Shown here in pieces: positions 47,675-57,991 of a stretch of DNA of 64,000 nucleotides. The DNA comes from an uncultured delta proteobacterium (lineage in GTDB: Bacteria; Desulfobacterota; Binatia; UBA9968). Location of the stretch: NCBI GenBank assembly GCA_963816145.1, contig CAWFJP010000002.1, positions 160,001-224,000 on the forward strand. The letters run 5' to 3'. The notes below the pieces were generated by a model. It ran no database searches, was not told the DNA's origin, and saw only the letters and a program-made list of their open reading frames with translations. The translations under genes and the position numbers were made by a program. The number at the start of each line of letters is the position of its first letter. The first letter of the stretch is position 1.

Positions 47675-48640
47675 TTAAATCCACTTGGCTTTGCGAAAGC
47701 GCGAAAACATGTAGATATCGATGGCGACCATGGCCGCAAGGCTGAGCGGATAACCCAGGGGGGAGTTGATCTCGGGCATATGTTGAAAGTTCATACCGTA
47801 AATTCCTGCAATCAAGGTCGGCACGGCGATCAAGGCGCCGTAGGAAGCTAGCTGTTTGGTGACCTCAGTCTCCTGAATCGTAATCAGCGAGATCGCTACC
47901 GAAATCGCGGTGGTGACCATGTCGCGCAGAGTGTCGATGGATTGATGCAGGCGCAGCAAGTGATCGTAGACATCGCGGAAATAATCTTGCAGTCCGCCCA
48001 CCAGGTGCGGCACCCGGCCGCCGAACAGCTTGCCAGTGGCTTCGAGCAACGGCTCGGTGGCATGCTTGAGCGTCATCAGCTTGCGTTTCAGATCATAGAG
48101 CGCCTCGATGTTGGCCCTGGCGGTTTGGTTGGCGAACATGCGGTCCTCGATATTTTCAATTTCGGTTTCAAGGCCATCAAGGATTGGAAAGTAACGGTCA
48201 ACGACCGCGTCCATCAGGGCGTAGAGCACGTAGCCTGAACCATGGCGCAGAAGTTCAGGCTCGCGCTCGCAACGGGCGCGCACGTCGGTGAAGCCGCGCG
48301 CGGCGCCGGAGCGCACCGATAAGACATAGTTGGCACCGATGAAGATGCCGACCTCGCCGACGTTCAATTCGTCGCCGCTGCGTTCGATCATGTGCAAGAC
48401 GACAAATAGGAACCCCTCGTATTCTTCGATCTTTGGCCGCTGGTGGCCATGCTGGGCATCTTCCAAGGCGAGATCGTGGAGACTGAATTCCTCTTGCATC
48501 GCCTGAAGCTCTTCCGGGGTCGCGTCGTTAAGCGCCACCCAGACAAAACAATCGGCGTGAGATAGATATGAATGAATCTCGCTCACCGGGATATTGGTGA
48601 GTCGGCGGCCATTCTGGTAGGCGACACAGTTGACGATCAT
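47675..48640 (-). CDS. corA: Magnesium/cobalt transporter CorA
   Basis: HQRPKIEEY, YFRDVYDH, signature GIYGMNF, two C-terminal TMs. Confidence 0.95.
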   Translation of the reverse strand: MIVNCVAYQNGRRLTNIPVSEIHSYLSHADCFVWVALNDATPEELQAMQEEFSLHDLALEDAQHGHQRPKIEEYEGFLFVVLHMIERSGDELNVGEVGIFIGANYVLSVRSGAARGFTDVRARCEREPELLRHGSGYVLYALMDAVVDRYFPILDGLETEIENIEDRMFANQTARANIEALYDLKRKLMTLKHATEPLLEATGKLFGGRVPHLVGGLQDYFRDVYDHLLRLHQSIDTLRDMVTTAISVAISLITIQETEVTKQLASYGALIAVPTLIAGIYGMNFQHMPEINSPLGYPLSLAAMVAIDIYMFSRFRKAKWI

Positions 48641-48796
48641 CGGCGGCTCTTGGGATGCAACAAACTAATTCGCGCTACTTTGGCTCGATTGGCGCATGGG
48701 AGTCAAGCTGTAGGCGCGTGCCGGTGTAGCGTGTGATTTAATTTGTCGATACTCGGCGTGACGTCGTTCGTGGAGCATGGCGAAGCTGCAACCCAG

Positions 48797-48986
48797 ACTC
48801 GGAATATCTCCCGCAAAGGCGCCAAGGCGCAAAGGTGATGGGCCGATGTCTGTCATCCCGAGCAAACGCGAGGGATCTAATTTGATTTCTCCCTACGGTC
48901 GAAATGACAACAATTCCGAACTTGGCGACTTTGCGCCCCTTCGATGAACTCAGGGCAGGCTTTGCGGGAGGAATATCCGATTCCGA
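48797..48986. repeat. MITE-like element with nested REP palindromes
   Basis: Ends match 26615-26752; internal gtcatcccgagcaaacgcgagggatct and gatttctccctacggtcgaaatgac. Confidence 0.65.
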
Positions 48987-49060
48987 AGGTCTTCGAAGTC
49001 CGTAGAATTCGCCCAGGCGTCGCAAACGCTCACCGATAGTAATATAACGCGGAAGAGATT

Positions 49061-49618
49061 ATGACTGCGCTGAAAACCTACTTGTCGGGCCGAGTGGTGG
49101 TCAAGGTCGGCGACATTACCCAGGAAGCGGTCGACGCCATCGTCAACGCGGCGAACGGATCGCTGATGGGCGGCGGCGGCGTGGACGGGGCGATTCACCG
49201 CGCCGGCGGACCGGAGATCAAAGCGGCTTGCGCGGAGATTCGCCGCACGCAGTATCCGCAGGGCTTGCCGACTGGACAAGCCGTGATCACGACGGCGGGT
49301 AAATTGCCGGCGAAGTATGTGATTCACACCGTCGGTCCGGTCTACGGTAGCGGTGGCGCGGACAAGGCCGATTTCTTGGCGGCATGCTATTTCAATTCGC
49401 TAAGTCTGGCGGCGTCGAGCATGGACTCAAGTCGATCGCTTTCCCGGCGATCTCCACCGGGATTTACGGTTATCCGATGGCTGAGGCGGCGGCGGTGTCC
49501 TCGCGCACCATTGAGCAGTTTCTGCTCGTCGATAAATCGATTGAGGCAGTCAAGATTGGTCTTCTTCGCCGCAGGCGATGCCGAGGTGTTCTTGAAACAT
49601 CACAGCTTCACGGGCTAG
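49061..49618 (+). CDS. Macro domain O-acetyl-ADP-ribose deacetylase (YmdB-like) with two compensating frameshifts
   Basis: [33 protein letters not shown]; conserved [15 protein letters not shown] lies in another frame between about 49410 and 49550. Confidence 0.85.
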   Translation: MTALKTYLSGRVVVKVGDITQEAVDAIVNAANGSLMGGGGVDGAIHRAGGPEIKAACAEIRRTQYPQGLPTGQAVITTAGKLPAKYVIHTVGPVYGSGGADKADFLAACYFNSLSLAASSMDSSRSLSRRSPPGFTVIRWLRRRRCPRAPLSSFCSSINRLRQSRLVFFAAGDAEVFLKHHSFTG

Positions 49619-49673
49619 AAAGGCATAGGCATATCCATTTTGGATTTTCGATTGATGGACTAGGGGAGAACAA

Positions 49674-50720
49674 ATGACAAAGACAATTCGAATGCAATTT
49701 CGGTGGCTTCGATCCGACAATCCAAAATCCAAAATCGAAAATCTAAAATGGGTGGGGATCTTTGCTCTCGTTCTCACAATCGCGTTCTGTGGGGTTGTGG
49801 CCCAGGCGCAGCAGCCGGCGAGAATTCTCCGGGTAGGAATTCTGGCCGCGCCGACCGCGGCCTTCTATTTGCCCCGGGTCGAGGCATTTCGCCAACGGCT
49901 GCGCGAGCTTGGCTATGTCGAAGGGAAAAACATTCTCATTGAGTACCGCTATGCAGACGGGAAACCCGAACGGCGGCCTGACCTTGCAGCCGAACTGGTC
50001 CGTCTCAAAGTTGACGTCATCGTCACCGCCGGAGTCCAGCCTGTTTTAGCGGCTAAGAAGGCGAGCGCGACAATTCCCATCGTATTCGCCGGTGCTGCCG
50101 ATCCAGTAGGAACTGGGCTTGTCTCCAGCCTGGCGCGACCAGGTGGGAATATCACCGGGCTTTCCAACATTGCGCAAGATCTAGATGGCAAACGGTTGGA
50201 ACTGCTCAAGGAAGCCTTTCCTAAGTTTGCCCGCGTAGCCTTCCTCTGGGTATCGGGTGGTAGGGGAAACCTGCCTCTCACAGAAATGGAGGCCGCGGCC
50301 AAGGCGTTGGGACTCAAACTGCTATCGCTTCCGGTGCGAAGCCTTGACGATTTTGACAGCGCATTTGCGCGAGCGAAAAGGGACGGCGCCCAGGCGCTCA
50401 TTACGAGCACCGGTGGACTTATCGCTACTCAGCAACGCCAAGTGTTGGACTTCGCGGCGAAGAACCGATTGCCGGCGATCTACCACTACAGTGAGTTTGT
50501 TGAGGCCGGCGGCTTGATGAGCTACGGGCCAGACAATACGGACTTATGGCGGCGCGCCGCTGACTTTGTGGACAAGATATTGAAAGGCACTAAGCCCGCC
50601 GACATCCCCGTCGAGCAGCCGACGAAGTTTGAATTCTTCGTCAATCTCAAGACCGCGAAGCAGATCGGCGTGACGATCCCGTCGAGTGTGCTGGCGCGGG
50701 CGGATAGGATCATACGGTAA
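49674..50720 (+). CDS. ABC transporter substrate-binding protein (ABC_sub_bind family)
   Basis: [53 protein letters not shown]. Confidence 0.9.
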   Translation: MTKTIRMQFRWLRSDNPKSKIENLKWVGIFALVLTIAFCGVVAQAQQPARILRVGILAAPTAAFYLPRVEAFRQRLRELGYVEGKNILIEYRYADGKPERRPDLAAELVRLKVDVIVTAGVQPVLAAKKASATIPIVFAGAADPVGTGLVSSLARPGGNITGLSNIAQDLDGKRLELLKEAFPKFARVAFLWVSGGRGNLPLTEMEAAAKALGLKLLSLPVRSLDDFDSAFARAKRDGAQALITSTGGLIATQQRQVLDFAAKNRLPAIYHYSEFVEAGGLMSYGPDNTDLWRRAADFVDKILKGTKPADIPVEQPTKFEFFVNLKTAKQIGVTIPSSVLARADRIIR

Positions 50721-50812
50721 GGGGTTAGGGGTGAAGGGTAAGGCGACTCGGAGAGGTTCTAGATTGAAGATCGGATAACCCGGAGAATTTCACTTTTAGA
50801 AAGTTATAAAAC

Positions 50813-52238
50813 ATGGGACAAACAACGACACCTAATCGGGTTGGCATCGATGGCGTTTCCTATTCGCTGGCCCATGTGCCGGATTTGGTGCGCTTTGGCT
50901 CGAAGCCGTTGCGCGAGTTGCGCGGCAATCCGGTGCTGGCGGCTGATTTAGCTAGACTTCTGCGCGACTTTCCCGCGGCGACGGCTTACGCACCGCACCA
51001 AGTCTATATTGGCAACATCGGTCCGGAAAAGCTGCGCGATCTACCGCAGCCTTGGTTTGAGAAACTGATCGAAGGTGCGACGGCGCAGGGCCGCTTCGGC
51101 GATCTGGTCGATCAAGCGAAGTTCTATGCGTTGCTCGCCGGCGCGGATCAGTTCGATTTGATTTCCTTTGAAGAGAAATGGTTTCAAGCCCACGCGGCGC
51201 AGCATGCCATCGGCCGAGCGGCGCGCTTCAAGCCGTTGACGTGAAATTCAAAATCTCTGCGACAAAGGTGCGTTGCCGCTTTATTCAGGATCTCAACTCG
51301 TTGGTGCTTTTGAGGCGGCTCATGAAGAGGACGCCAGTCTGGCCGCTGAAGTGCTGCTGGAAAATCTATCCGGCAAGGTTTCCGCGGCCCACGCCTTGCG
51401 CCTGGTGTTGGCCCAACTCAAACTTAAACCTGATGACATCGATTTCGTCATCAGTTGTTCGGAAGAAGCGGTCGGCGACCGATACAATCGCGGCGGCGGC
51501 AATCTCGCCAAGGCAATTGCCGAAGATGTCGGTTGCGGTAATGCCTCGGGTTGCGATGTCAAAGCGTTCTGCGCCGGGCCGATGTACGCCATGGTGCAGG
51601 GCGCAAGCATGATTCAATCCGGTGTGGCGAAAAGAGTCGCAGTAGTGGCCGGCGGATCGCTTGGCCAAACTCGGCATGAAGTTCGAGTCCCATGTGAAAA
51701 AAGGTATGCCGATACTGGAAGATATGCTCGGCAGCTTTGCGGCGATTCTGAGCGCGGCGAAGCCGGGCCAGGTGTGCATTCGGCTAGATTCCGCCGCGTT
51801 TCACCCCGTGCGCGCCGGCGGTTCGGCCCAGGCAATGGCCGAAGAGCTGGCTGAGAAAGCGTTGACCAAGCTCGGCATGAAGCTCACTGATGTCGACCGC
51901 TACGGCGTCGAGCTGCATAATCCGGAAATCACCCTGCCTTCGGGCAGCGGCGACGTGCCGCGGACTAATTATCTTACCCTCGCCGCCCTGGCGGTGATGC
52001 GCGGGCAGATTCAAAAGAATCAGATGGAAGATTTCGTCCGCAGCCGTGGCATGCTAGGCTATGCGCCGACCCAGGGACATATTCCGTCGGCGATCGTTTA
52101 TTTGGGCCATGCCAAGGCGGCCTCGAAAGCGGCGAGATTCGCAACGCACTGCTGATGGCTAAAGGAAGTTTATTTCTCGGTCGGATGACCCAGCTGTCGG
52201 ATGGCTGTTCGTTTCTGGTCGATCGGAATGATGGGTAA
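50813..52238 (+). CDS. grdC: Glycine/sarcosine/betaine reductase component C beta subunit (FabH-like), interrupted by three small frameshifts (about 51240, 51661, 52120)
   Basis: LAHVPDLV, PHQVYIGN, CSEEAVGD..RGGGNLAKAIAE, FCAGP, AKLGM, ELHNPEIT, APTQGHIPS, KGSLFLGRMT spread across successive frames. Confidence 0.85.
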
Positions 52239-52407
52239 ATCCGAAACTCGAAATCCGAAATTCGAAATTCGAAACAAATCCAAATGACCAAAAAATACAA
52301 TGTCCCAAACAACCTCAATTTGGATTCGATGTTTTGAATTTTCTTCGGGTTTGGGTTTATTTGGCCGCGGTTTGTTTAGGATTTCGTGCTTCGGATTTCG
52401 AATTTTT
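52237..52407. repeat. Inverted tandem heptamer repeat hairpin between grdC and grdA
   Basis: (aaatccg/aaattcg)n facing atttcgtgcttcggatttcgaattt. Confidence 0.75.
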
Positions 52408-52424
52408 TGTTAACTGGAGGTCAA

Positions 52425-52880
52425 ATGCTTAAAGGAAAGAAAGTAATCGCCATCGGCGAACGGGACGGTGTCACTGGCCCGGTCATCGCTGAGTGTCTCG
52501 AAAGCGCGGGTTACGAGGTCGTGTTTCAGGCCACTGAGTGCTTTGTTTGAACTGCCGCGGGCGCGATGAACTTCGAGAACCAAGGAGTCATCAAGCGCCT
52601 GGCGGACCAGTATGGTCCGGAAAATTTGACAGTAGTGTTGGGCAACGGCGAGGCTAATGGCGTCGAAGTGTTCGCCGAGACGGTGACCGAGGGCGATCCG
52701 AGTTTCGCCGGGCCGCTGGCCGGAGTCGCGCTCAAAATTCCCGTCTACCATGTGCTCGAAGCGGATGTCATGGGCCAGGTGCCGGAAGCGTTGCGCGACG
52801 AAAAATTGCAGCTCTCGTCGCTGGTCATCGACATCGAGCCGATGCATCAAGTTTTAGAAGCTTCGCGGGCGAAGCTTTAA
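52425..52880 (+). CDS. grdA: Glycine/sarcosine/betaine reductase selenoprotein A; Sec at UGA 52548-52550
   Basis: GGAGG RBS; [16 protein letters not shown]...ECFV-(TGA)[11 protein letters not shown]...[26 protein letters not shown]. Confidence 0.93.
52555..52605 (+). promoter_or_regulatory. Bacterial SECIS-like hairpin
   Basis: Stems ccgc/gcgg, gggcgc/gcgcct, gatg/catc, acttc/ggagt; loop GAGAACCAA begins with G, 24 nt after the UGA. Confidence 0.7.
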
Positions 52881-52883
52881 GTC

Positions 52884-52970
52884 GGTTCCAAAGGTTCCAG
52901 TGGTTCCAAATGTTCCAACGGTTTTCGGTCCGGACTGGAACCCGTGGAACGATTGGAACCTTTGGAACGG
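52884..52970. repeat. Inverted tandem nonamer repeat hairpin between convergent genes
   Basis: (ggttccaaa-like)x4 facing (tggaacc-like)x4. Confidence 0.75.
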
Positions 52971-53967
52971 TTATTTCCGATACAAACCCTTTAATAAACC
53001 CCGAATCTTCCAATTCTTTGACAAATCGCGAGTCGATATAATCTTTCACGTTGGCCTGGGCAGCTTTGGGATTTTTTTCCGCTATATCATTCAGTACCAG
53101 TTGGTAACCGTCGATGGGCGGGTAGGGCGCTTCGGGCATGAACTTGGCGTGCCAATCCCAGGCGTCTTCCAAAACCCTGCGGTCCTCCACGCGGGAATAT
53201 TTACGCATGATTTTGATAGTGTCCTCCTTTTGGGTTTTGTAGAAGTGCAGCGCCTCGACATAGGCGCGCATGTAGCGGCGCACCAAGTCGGGGTTCTCGC
53301 GGATCAGCTTCGTCGATGTATAGATGCCGTTTTGCGGAAAGGGGATTTGCAGGGTGACCATATCGACAACGGTCGGATAGCCGAGTCTCTCCGCCTGGGC
53401 TTTGCCGGCTTCGGTGACCACGGTGAATTGGACGATGCCCTTTTGCAGCGCGACCATGCGCTCGATGGCGCCGCCGATGACGCGCAGGCTGGTATCTTTG
53501 AGCGGGTCGAGGCCGATTTTTTTCAGCCCCACTTTCAAGGCGAACTCCGCAGTGGTGCCGGCGATATGGGTGCCGCCGATTTTGCCTTTCAGATCCTCAT
53601 GCCGTTTGATGCTCGGATGGGAAACCAAATAGTAGGGCAGGACGTTGACGTTGCCGGCGATGGCGACGACATCGCCGCCGGCGAGGCGCGCGCTGGCGAG
53701 TCCGGGTCCGCCGCCTTCGCCGATGGGAATCTCGCCGGCGAGGATTGCTTGAATGCCGCGAACGCTGCCGGATATGAATATCACGGTGGCGTCGATGCCG
53801 TTTTTATCGAATAGATGGGTTTCCTTGGCGACCTGGATCACCGTCGATGTTCCGGGTGTGGTGGAGATATAAGCGGTGTTGAGTTTCTGGGCGGCGGCAA
53901 AATTCGGTAACGCGAGTAAGGTCATTATGACCGCAGCCAATGCACTGACAGCATGATTCCGAGCCAT
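52971..53967 (-). CDS. ABC substrate-binding protein (NMT1/SsuA-like); probable +1 indel near the C-terminus
   Basis: Signal peptide, EDLKGKIGG, ENPDLVRRYMRA, DSRFVKELEDSGFI; removing one base gives IKGLYRK-stop at 52971. Confidence 0.85.
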
Positions 53968-54049
53968 ACGAGTACCTCCAGAGTTTTAGCTGGGTAGGAA
54001 TTCCATCCGATCCATGAGTAACACTTTCGTTGCCGTTGGAAAAGCAGAT

Positions 54050-54078
54050 TTGACAGGGAGGGTCTTGAGGTCTATTTT
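54050..54078 (+). promoter_or_regulatory. Putative sigma-70 promoter
   Basis: TTGACA-17 nt-TATTTT, 12 nt before the ATG. Confidence 0.5.
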
Positions 54079-54090
54079 GCTGACTCTCCG

Positions 54091-54738
54091 ATGAAAAAAT
54101 CCCTGCAATTGGTGATGTTTGACCTCGACGGCACACTCGCCGATACCGGCCACGATCTTGCCGACTCTGTAAACTTTACGCGTCGAGAGTTCAGTTTACC
54201 CCGATTGCCGGACCATGCGGTCTACGCGAACGTTGGGCGCGGTGTCGAGCATCTGCTCAAGCAGTCGTTTCCGGAAGCGGGGCCGGAAAAGTTTCCCCGG
54301 GTCATGCAGGTCTTTCTGGCTTATTACGAAACGCACTTGCTCGATCGCACCGTGCTTTATCCAGGCGCGCAGGATGCCCTGCGTTATTTTGCCTCCAAGC
54401 GGCGCGCGGTGGTGAGCAACAAAATGCACCGGCTGACGGTGGCGGTTGTGCAAGGGCTGGGGGTGGCAGGGGAGTTCGACGCGATCTTGGGCGGCGATAG
54501 CGTTGTCGAGAAGAAGCCGCATCCGGCGATGTTGCAGTTAGTTTTAGAACGGTTCCAAATTGCTCCCGCCGATGCGCTTATCATCGGTGATGGCGATACC
54601 GATATCGAAGCCGGCAAGCGCGCCGGCGTGATCACCTGCGGCGTGACTTACGGTTTGGGCGACAAAAACGCGTTGCGCGCCGCGCGGCCGGATGTCACCA
54701 TCGACAGTCTCGCTGAATTGACCGATTACTTTTGCTGA
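54091..54738 (+). CDS. HAD-IA hydrolase, phosphoglycolate phosphatase-like
   Basis: FDLDGTLADT, VSNK, KKPHP, IGDGDTDI. Confidence 0.9.
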   Translation: MKKSLQLVMFDLDGTLADTGHDLADSVNFTRREFSLPRLPDHAVYANVGRGVEHLLKQSFPEAGPEKFPRVMQVFLAYYETHLLDRTVLYPGAQDALRYFASKRRAVVSNKMHRLTVAVVQGLGVAGEFDAILGGDSVVEKKPHPAMLQLVLERFQIAPADALIIGDGDTDIEAGKRAGVITCGVTYGLGDKNALRAARPDVTIDSLAELTDYFC

Positions 54739-54769
54739 AACAAGTTTCGACTGAAACTGGAGGTTGGTC

Positions 54770-55168
54770 ATGGCCACGACAATTCCCGAGTCCTTCAAAG
54801 ATCTTTTTAGCAAAGTTGCTTTCGCTCATCTTGGCACCTTGATGGCGGATGGCGGCCCGCAGGTGACGCCGGTGTGGTTCAGCTACGATGGTACGCATTT
54901 CTGGATCAATACGGCAAAAGGCCGGCTCAAGGACAAAAACATGCGGCGGAACAAACAGGTCGGGCTGTCGATCCAAGACCCAGAAAACTCCTATCGCTAT
55001 TTGGCGGTTCAGGGAGAAGTCGAGGAGATCACCGAGAACGGCGCCGATGCGCATATCGATGCCCTGGCGAAGCATTACTTGGGCAAAGACAGCTACCCGT
55101 TCCGTGCTCCCGGCGAGGTGCGGGTGATCTATAAGATCCGTCCGAAGAAAATTTCAACGATGGGATAA
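54770..55168 (+). CDS. PPOX class F420-dependent oxidoreductase family protein
   Basis: AHLGTLMADGGPQVTPVW, GRLKDKN, DPENSYRY; RBS GGAGG. Confidence 0.8.
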   Translation: MATTIPESFKDLFSKVAFAHLGTLMADGGPQVTPVWFSYDGTHFWINTAKGRLKDKNMRRNKQVGLSIQDPENSYRYLAVQGEVEEITENGADAHIDALAKHYLGKDSYPFRAPGEVRVIYKIRPKKISTMG

Positions 55169-55200
55169 GGCGATGGTTTTTGCATCTCAGCCAGTTGGTT

Positions 55201-56613
55201 TCAGTTCGGGACCACGCCGCATGCCGCTTCAGCTGGAAATTTGTTGAGCGCCGCCAGCGCCGCGACTTTGTAACACTCCGCCAAAGTCGGATAGTTGAAA
55301 ACCGTGTCGACAAAATAATCGAGTTTGCCGCCATGGGCCATGACGGCCTGGCCGATGTGCACCAGCTCGGTCGCGCCTTCGCCGATGATATGGACGCCGA
55401 GGAGTTCCCTGGTCTCGGTATGAAACAGCAGCTTGAGCATGCCGACGGTGTCGCCGATGATCTGGCCGCGGGCGATCTCACGGTAACGGGCAACGCCGAT
55501 CTCGTACGGAACGCCGTCGCGAGTGAGTTCTTCTTCGTTGCGGCCGACCATCGAGATCTCCGGAATTGAGTAAATTCCATAGGGCAGCAGATGGGTCGAG
55601 GTCTCGCAGGCTAGGCTGTAGGCATGGCAGGCGGCATGGCGGCCTTGCTGCATGGAGGTTGACGCCAAGGCCGGAAAACCGACCACGTCACCGACCGCGT
55701 AGATATGGTTCATGTTAGTCTGGAAGTTCTCGTTGACTTTCAGGCGTCCGCGCTCGTCCGCTTCGACGCCGATCTTGTCCAGACCGAGACTGGTGGTGGC
55801 GCCGACGCGGCCCGCTGAATAAACCAGCAGGGGCGAGCGGATCTGTTTGCCGCTCTTGAGTTGCAGTGCGACGACATTAGTCGCCGCCTTGGTCACGCCG
55901 ACCACTTCTTCATTGAGACGCAGCGTGATGCCAATGTTGCGCATCTGATATTGCAGCGACTCGATGATCTCGCTGTCGACGAATTCGAGTAGGCGCGGCC
56001 GCTTCTCGACCAACACGACGGGAATTCCCAGAGTGGCGAGGATACACGCATACTCGCAGCCGATGACGCCGGCGCCGACGATGGTCAATGACTTCGGAAG
56101 CCGCTTCAACGACAACAAACCATCGCTGTCGATGATCAAGTCGTCGTCGAAGGGGATATTCACCGGCCGCGCCGGTTCGGTGCCGACACCGATGACGATG
56201 TAATCCGCGGTGTGTTCGTTAGTCTCCGAGTCTTGTTTGATCTGAAGCCGATGCGGGTCGAGAAACGATGCGTTACCGACGATGAAATCCACCGAGTTGC
56301 GGATCAGTTGATTTTGAATGACTTCTTGCTCGGCTTTGACCACATGGTCGCAGCGCTGCGCAAGATCCTCGAAAGTGATATCTTTTTTAACCCGGTAGCT
56401 GGCGCCGTAGAGGCTGCGCTGTCGGAAACCGGAAAGGAAGAGGACCGCCTCGCGCAGCGATTTGCTCGGGATTGTGCCGGAGTTGATACAGATGCCGCCA
56501 ACGACTTTTTTGCGTTCGACGATGCCGACTCTTTTACCGACTTTGGCCGCTTGGATCGCCGCCTTTTGGCCGGCCGGGCCAGAGCCGATCACGAGCATGT
56601 CATAGTGCGCCAT
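55201..56613 (-). CDS. sthA: Soluble Si-specific NAD(P)+ transhydrogenase
   Basis: GSGPAG, GGICINSGTIPSKSLRE (CxxxxT), GAGVIG, GDVVGFPALASTS, FNYPTLAECYKVAA. Confidence 0.92.
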   Translation of the reverse strand: MAHYDMLVIGSGPAGQKAAIQAAKVGKRVGIVERKKVVGGICINSGTIPSKSLREAVLFLSGFRQRSLYGASYRVKKDITFEDLAQRCDHVVKAEQEVIQNQLIRNSVDFIVGNASFLDPHRLQIKQDSETNEHTADYIVIGVGTEPARPVNIPFDDDLIIDSDGLLSLKRLPKSLTIVGAGVIGCEYACILATLGIPVVLVEKRPRLLEFVDSEIIESLQYQMRNIGITLRLNEEVVGVTKAATNVVALQLKSGKQIRSPLLVYSAGRVGATTSLGLDKIGVEADERGRLKVNENFQTNMNHIYAVGDVVGFPALASTSMQQGRHAACHAYSLACETSTHLLPYGIYSIPEISMVGRNEEELTRDGVPYEIGVARYREIARGQIIGDTVGMLKLLFHTETRELLGVHIIGEGATELVHIGQAVMAHGGKLDYFVDTVFNYPTLAECYKVAALAALNKFPAEAACGVVPN

Positions 56614-56639
56614 GGGTTGTCCTCAGCTTTGCCTTGTCG

Positions 56640-57590
56640 TCAGAGCGATTGAGCGAGTCCGCTATCCTTGAGCCGTTCGTAAGCTTTGAAGCCGATTGCG
56701 ACATCCATGATGCCGGTGCCTTGCAGCTTGAAAAGGGTGATTTGCCGATCGTCGCTGCGGCCGGCCACTTGACCGAGCAATAAGTGGGAAATTTCGTGGA
56801 CCTTGTCCCAAGCGATCACTTTGTCGCGCACCGCGCGGAATATATCGCTTTCGTTGACACAGACGGTCTCTTTTGACGTTACGAAGATCGGGTCGGCAAG
56901 ACGCAGCACCGTTTCATCGAGTTCCTGACGTGTGCGGGTTTTATCGCCGTTGGCAATGGAGGTAATGTGCATGCCGTCTTTCAGACTCCGGCTGCCAAAT
57001 ACCGGCGTTCGCGAATTCGTCGCGGTAATCAGGATATCGGCATTGGCCATTGCTTCCTCAGCGCTTCCGGCAACGTGAAGCGGAATTTCTAATTCGCGTC
57101 CCATCTTGGCGGCGAACGCCGCGCGGCGCTCGGGCGACGGGCTATAAACCCAGGCTTCCAGCAATTTCCTGACGGCGGCAACCGCCTTGAGTTGGGTCTC
57201 GGCGTGAACGGCGCTGCCCAAGACCGCGACGCGGCAGGCGTCACGACGCGCCAGATATTTCGCGCCGATGCCGCCGGCGGCGCCGGTACGATATTCGTTG
57301 ATCGAACAGTCTTGGAACAGGATCAGCGCTTCACCGCTCTCGGTGCTGAAGACCATGACGTTCTCGTGGTGGATTTTACGGTCTAGATCGGTCTGAATAT
57401 AAGCGCCCATGGCACCGTGGACCGAGCCGGGCAGAATACCGAAAATCATCCGGTTCGGATGGTGAATGCGCCGCCGCGGCAGCTCAAATCCGCGCCCCAA
57501 GGCGATCTCCATCAAGGTATCCTCGATGGTTTCGATCATTTCGCTCATCGAAAGTATTTGATCAATGGGAGTGTTTTTGAGAAACAGCAT
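56640..57590 (-). CDS. Ornithine cyclodeaminase/mu-crystallin family protein
   Basis: RTGAAGGIGAKYLAR, ADILITATNS, GRSDDRQITLFK, GIMDVA. Confidence 0.85.
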   Translation of the reverse strand: MLFLKNTPIDQILSMSEMIETIEDTLMEIALGRGFELPRRRIHHPNRMIFGILPGSVHGAMGAYIQTDLDRKIHHENVMVFSTESGEALILFQDCSINEYRTGAAGGIGAKYLARRDACRVAVLGSAVHAETQLKAVAAVRKLLEAWVYSPSPERRAAFAAKMGRELEIPLHVAGSAEEAMANADILITATNSRTPVFGSRSLKDGMHITSIANGDKTRTRQELDETVLRLADPIFVTSKETVCVNESDIFRAVRDKVIAWDKVHEISHLLLGQVAGRSDDRQITLFKLQGTGIMDVAIGFKAYERLKDSGLAQSL

Positions 57591-57655
57591 GGCGGTTCTC
57601 CTGCGCCAGCCATACTGCAAGCGGAAAGAGACCGTCAAGTTAAATCTGCGTTGAT

Positions 57656-57889
57656 GTTGTAGCAAAGTGAATCTGACAGGGTCTAACAGCAACGTAATTA
57701 TGTCAGGGTGGAAGGATGACAACCCTGACAATGAAAGACGAGAAACGACTAGACGTAATTCAACGAGCGTGTCGCAGCGAGCTCACCGTGCTGCGAGTAG
57801 CATGGGTGATGAGACTCCGTGAACGGCGCTTTTACCGGGTCAAAGCATGAGTCGGTAAGGCCGCAGCCAAGCGAATCGTCGATATTTAG
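57656..57889 (+). mobile_element. Degraded IS left end and transposase N-terminus (ISNCY/IS1202-like)
   Basis: From ATG 57716: MTTLTMKDEKRLDVIQR..SELTV..A....L.ER.FYRVKA*VGK, an HTH-type N-terminus with stops at 57848 and 57887; 9-bp inverted repeat tgtcagggt/accctgaca encloses the RBS and ATG; left boundary approximate. Confidence 0.6.
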
Positions 57890-57991
57890 CTCGATGCGCG
57901 GCAGGCAAAGAAGCAGAGTCAGATTAAAAGGCTATTAGTCTTAGCTGCCGCTAATCTCTCTGGTGCTATTCAGACTCGCCGGCAAGGCTGG

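Noticed and set aside
50813-52238. Programmed frameshifting in grdC
   Set aside because: No slippery heptamers at the three breaks; similar indels occur in unrelated genes in this window
52884-52970. Short periodic repeats as a CRISPR array
   Set aside because: Units are 7-9 nt, tandem, without unique spacers; no cas genes in the window
57635-57645. tcaagttaaat resembling a XerD half-site beside the IS remnant
   Set aside because: No XerC arm at the right spacing; it overlaps a plausible -35 (TTGACG, minus strand) of the cyclodeaminase gene
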